A DNA stretch of 64,000 nucleotides from NCBI GenBank assembly GCA_963727525.1, contig CAVSGO010000007.1:384001-448000 (forward strand), read 5' to 3'. The translations under genes were made by a program, and so were the position numbers. This document shows positions 61,301 through 64,000 of this stretch, piece by piece. This DNA is from an uncultured bacterium. Its GTDB lineage: Bacteria > Krumholzibacteriota > Krumholzibacteriia > LZORAL124-64-63. Every line of letters begins with the position of its first letter. Positions within the stretch are counted from its first letter, which is position 1. The notes beneath the pieces were generated by a model, which made no database searches, had not been told where the DNA came from, and saw only the letters and a list, made by a program, of their open reading frames with translations.

Positions 61301-62958
61301 TCGTCGTCGGGCACGATGAGCAGCGTGTTGTAGGCGCGGCCATCGCCAGCCAGGAAGGTCCTTGTGATGCCGGGCGTCCCTTCGAAACGCGCCTCCACCT
61401 TGCGCGGCGCGATGGTCTGGCCCCGATTGTTCTTGTAGATGTCCTTGATGCGATCGACGATCTGCAGGTGGTCGCCGGGCAACACGCGAAAGAGGTCGCC
61501 GGTGCCGATCCACACGTCGTCGGCCTCGGGTCGTTCCACCGTGAGGTCGCCATGCGGGGCGTCCTCCTCGAGGTAGCGCGCCACGTAGGGACCGGCCACA
61601 CGCAACTCGTCCTGGTCGCCGAACGCCACGCGCACGCCGGGCAGCGGGATGCCCACCGATTCCTCGACGTATTCGCCCGGCGGCGTCATCGTCAGGCCGC
61701 CCGTACCCTCGGTCATGCCGAAGCCGCTGCACAGCTCCACTCCGTGGCGCTGGAAGAAACGGAACACCACGGGATCGAGATAACCGGCCGCCGACAATCC
61801 CCAGCGCAGGCGTCCTCCCGTGACCTCGTTCAGCGCCACGCCTGGATCGCCCTCCTCGCCAGCCACGGCGAGTGCGCGGTCGCGAAGCTGTTGCCAGCGC
61901 AGCGGCACGCTGATCATGCCTGTGGGGCGCACCAGCGGCATCTGGTTGAGCAGCGTCTCCACCGAGGGGTTGCCCGCGAAGACGTACGTGCCGCCCCAGG
62001 AGAGCATGCCCAGCAGTTCGAGATAGCGTCCGAAGGTATGGAACAGCGGCAGGTAGCTGAGCAGCGTCTCGTCGTTGCCCACGCGTGGCAGCGCCGCGGC
62101 GCGCGCGAAGCGCTTGCTCACGAGGTTGAACTGCGAGAAGGCGATGCCCTTGGGACGGCCCGTGGACCCGCTCGTGAACATCACGGTGCAAGGCTCTCGC
62201 AGCGAGAAGCGCGGGCGCTCCGCCAGCCGACGGTCGACCTCGTCGCTCTTCAGGTCGGCGAGCGCTGCCTCGAGGAGTACCGCATCCGCTCCGCCCGTGG
62301 GCACGGAGCTGATCAGGTGGATCCGCGGCGGGCGCACGGCCTGGTCGCGCACCTCGAGCGCGCGCTGCAGCAGGTCGGGACCGTCGACCACGAGGTCGGT
62401 GATCGCCAGGCGGTCGCTGATCCAGGTGAGCGAATCCGTCGACTCGTGCACGCTGAGCGGTGTGACCAGGATGTCGTGCAGCAGGCAGGCGAGGTCGCAG
62501 CATGCCGACTGCAGGCCGTTGGTGGCGACGATCGCCACGCGCGGACGCCCGGGGGCCGTGGGATGGGGTGCGGCCCCGGGATCGGGTCCCAGGAAGTGCG
62601 CCGCCAGTTGCCGGGTGCGCCGGCGCACCGTGGCGTACGACCAGGCCGGTTCGCCCGGTTGACCGAGGTCGCGCAGGTAGATGCGCTCGCCCCGCTCGGT
62701 TGCCCGCCAGTCCATGAGACTGGCCAGGGTGAACCGTGCGCGCTCGATCGCGTCGAAAACGACCTCCGCCCAGGCATAGCGGGCGGAGCGATCGGGCAGG
62801 GCGCCCAGGAAGGCGGCGTTCGCGGTGGTCGTGAGGAAGCGGTGCCAGAGGTCGGGGTCATCGTCGGTCTCGGCCCGGGCCGCCGCGAGGATCGCCGCCG
62901 CGTCGCCGGTGGTGTCGGCGAGCCATGCGGCGAGGCGCGGCGCCAGACCTTCGTTCAT
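58390..62958 (-). CDS. 1522-aa fusion of an AMP-forming long-chain acyl-CoA synthetase-like domain, a long uncharacterised middle region and a C-terminal GNAT domain
   Basis: MFTSGSTGRPKG, YLPLFH, GFGMTEG, TGDLF, DRIKDIYK, ELTPK; C-terminal VVVTRTLRGRGLARALI..FFGRQGF. Confidence 0.85.
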   Translation of the reverse strand: MNEGLAPRLAAWLADTTGDAAAILAAARAETDDDPDLWHRFLTTTANAAFLGALPDRSARYAWAEVVFDAIERARFTLASLMDWRATERGERIYLRDLGQPGEPAWSYATVRRRTRQLAAHFLGPDPGAAPHPTAPGRPRVAIVATNGLQSACCDLACLLHDILVTPLSVHESTDSLTWISDRLAITDLVVDGPDLLQRALEVRDQAVRPPRIHLISSVPTGGADAVLLEAALADLKSDEVDRRLAERPRFSLREPCTVMFTSGSTGRPKGIAFSQFNLVSKRFARAAALPRVGNDETLLSYLPLFHTFGRYLELLGMLSWGGTYVFAGNPSVETLLNQMPLVRPTGMISVPLRWQQLRDRALAVAGEEGDPGVALNEVTGGRLRWGLSAAGYLDPVVFRFFQRHGVELCSGFGMTEGTGGLTMTPPGEYVEESVGIPLPGVRVAFGDQDELRVAGPYVARYLEEDAPHGDLTVERPEADDVWIGTGDLFRVLPGDHLQIVDRIKDIYKNNRGQTIAPRKVEARFEGTPGITRTFLAGDGRAYNTLLIVPDDDDPILQALAPTERHEYFQRLITQANLDLAPYERVVGFALLDRDFDAEQGELTPKDSYRRKQITRNFAPVVEDLYRSDRRELTWQGHEVIMPRWVLRDLSALEDTIRVDDDGLIDTRRGVHLPLARGQRTGWVRIGNLEYHLAGGEARIDLGLFAKQPLLWLGNPALTTFLPCKGGWDHGLEEVSDQVLLPERTTDDTEVAPRALYLDPRLAQLDLLCRDLLYGKPASARVAAATLVGRLPQAPPHEAAVIRRRLEAMANHPRQDLRCQAYLALLLDQPEPDYDRYLPAFIYSGKSFLCENSIATIAHSSFESRRLLALRRRLHRYREWLSWPATPAVRSVFADLLRLLTEFGRENIEYYSTVRRELACWIVFDRDPELAACALRHLQDLGAWYEHTLIAKGQHDGDWSGKLAYQDGLGEAEIARLQRVIVGTTFLQGSVQLAFSETLDPQDIPAGGIWISRTVSKHFSARYRVSINLAGGSHYDLMVIIRDDLHDLEVMRTFYWMIAMRAYPQGNPVVPRFGYIRPDLGAVSLAFESELAVWDRIRMHAQPDASHPLDATGWRHLLVAGIATMLRAWLHGNRRLIPGTVMPTNVIVPDPDWREDRLVINLAGSQPYRGPLSLVRPLLKNFLHLPANHYPGCAEHIRDTFVLEAVAEALGPTDARAFLVELERDLAQEGLPEAGPDFPATVGAFIAQLAEQYRPPLALENAIARYGAWHAANPDASPAARVDQLEALARLYHLTDLGEPARYALYRRTYFADASPEVAHAFARLQKRLFQSAGLRAAQTVELSDLQNALDDADDRLAFRRLAFPHATEEQQPQVTTVGDRERRHVVLRTTLTDDRGSTYECLEPRTPAEIGRLYRLFLFSGFPLSISAQDHHLLVLDAREQLVGGIVYRPDTGSEPHLEGVVVTRTLRGRGLARALIDDFCRRMAAEGHTLVRTHFSLLEFFGRQGFDVDRAWGGLVRHLG

Positions 62959-64000
62959 GTGACCGCCTCCACCGAAGCCAGATATGCGCGGACGCGCGCG
63001 GCCACCGCCGGCGCCTCCTTGGCGCAGGCATTCACGGCGATGCCGTGGTAGGCGCTGCCTGCCAGCATGAGCCCCGGCGTGCGCACGAGCGCCCGCTCCG
63101 CCGCCGCGAGCCGCGCCAGGTGGCCCACCTCGTACTCGGCGATGGCCTCACGGTGGCGAAATACCCACGCGCGCTCCGGCCGTCCGCGCACGCCGTAGAG
63201 CGCATCCAGCTCGGCCGTAGTGCGCGTCACGATCTCGTCGTCGTCGAGATCGAGCCAGCCTGGGTCGCCGGCCATGCAGCGCAGAAGCACCTTGCCCTGC
63301 GGCGCGCGGCCTCGCCAGATGCTACTCGTCCACAGGACGCCGAGCAACGGTCGCTTCTCGCCGCTGGGGGTGAGCATGCCGAAGCCGTCGAGGGGATGCG
63401 TCACCTGGTCGCGCGCGAAGGCCACGGCGACGACCGTGATGGGATTGTAACGGATCCCACCCAGGAGCGTGCGCACCTTGGCGTCCGGCTGGTGCCGGGC
63501 GGCCGCGTGAGCCGGGGTGGCGTCCACGACCGCGGCGAACGGCCCCTCCCGACCGCGTGGGCCATGCAGCTGCCAGCCGCCATCCGTGGCCACGAGTTCG
63601 CCCACCGGCCAGCCGGTATGCACGGGTTCCGGGAGTGTCGCCGCGAGCTGTCGCGGCAGGCTGTCGATCCCGTCCACGAAACTCGTGAGCACGCCCTTCG
63701 GCGCGGGCGTGGGCGCGTCGCTGCCGCCGGCCGCGTCCCGGCGCTGGCGCCGCTCGCGGCTCTTCTGCCGGCCGATCGCGAAGAGTGCGCGGAACAGGCC
63801 GCCATGATCGCGTTCCAGCTCCACCATGCGTGGAAACGCTGCGGCCAGGCTCACCCGGCGGCTGTCGCCACCCGTGATGCCGCGCACCATCGGGTCGAGC
63901 ATCACGTCGGCGAAGGCGCGGCCGAGACGTCGGACACCGAAGGCGTGCACTGTCTCGTCGCTGTGCGGATCCTCGGCCGCGCGGCCGAGATCGCGGCGGG
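62955..64000 (-). CDS. hemG: HemY-type protoporphyrinogen/coproporphyrinogen oxidase, 5' end beyond window
   Basis: DETVHAFGVRRLG, PMVRGITGGD..LAAAFP, LDGFGML, LGVLWTSS, AIAEYEVGH, GIAVNAC; frame open to the window edge. Confidence 0.9.
   Translation of the reverse strand, partial: RRDLGRAAEDPHSDETVHAFGVRRLGRAFADVMLDPMVRGITGGDSRRVSLAAAFPRMVELERDHGGLFRALFAIGRQKSRERRQRRDAAGGSDAPTPAPKGVLTSFVDGIDSLPRQLAATLPEPVHTGWPVGELVATDGGWQLHGPRGREGPFAAVVDATPAHAAARHQPDAKVRTLLGGIRYNPITVVAVAFARDQVTHPLDGFGMLTPSGEKRPLLGVLWTSSIWRGRAPQGKVLLRCMAGDPGWLDLDDDEIVTRTTAELDALYGVRGRPERAWVFRHREAIAEYEVGHLARLAAAERALVRTPGLMLAGSAYHGIAVNACAKEAPAVAARVRAYLASVEAVT

Overview
GC-rich bacterial chromosomal segment, densely coding, with no rRNA, tRNA, CRISPR array or transposase seen. 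Three secreted proteins end in a 'PNPFNP..WDG.D..G..VASG.YF' FlgD-Ig-type tail, which suggests (inference) an FCB-group lineage such as Krumholzibacteriota/Latescibacterota. In order: a sugar ABC transporter with a secreted GH38 alpha-mannosidase (cut by the left edge); an HD hydrolase and a pseudokinase; several large secreted or surface proteins; a 180-bp MITE-like element; a DUF1015-serA-serC operon; a POT transporter; thioesterase, meaB and cysS; a beta-propeller hybrid sensor kinase; a PhnDCEE-like (putative selenate-type) ABC transporter; a class II photolyase, an SRPBCC gene remnant and a DUF523-DUF1722 gene; fpr divergent from a sod-rrf2-sufCBD-Rieske-sufSU-sufT operon; a porin-mntR-mntH manganese cassette; a GT-C/TPR protein; a three-gene pnt transhydrogenase; and a hemY-type oxidase (cut by the right edge) coupled to a 1522-aa protein that joins an acyl-CoA synthetase, a possible degenerate kinase fold and a GNAT domain. 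That fusion is the best candidate for an undescribed system. All family calls come from motif recognition by eye; no searches were run.
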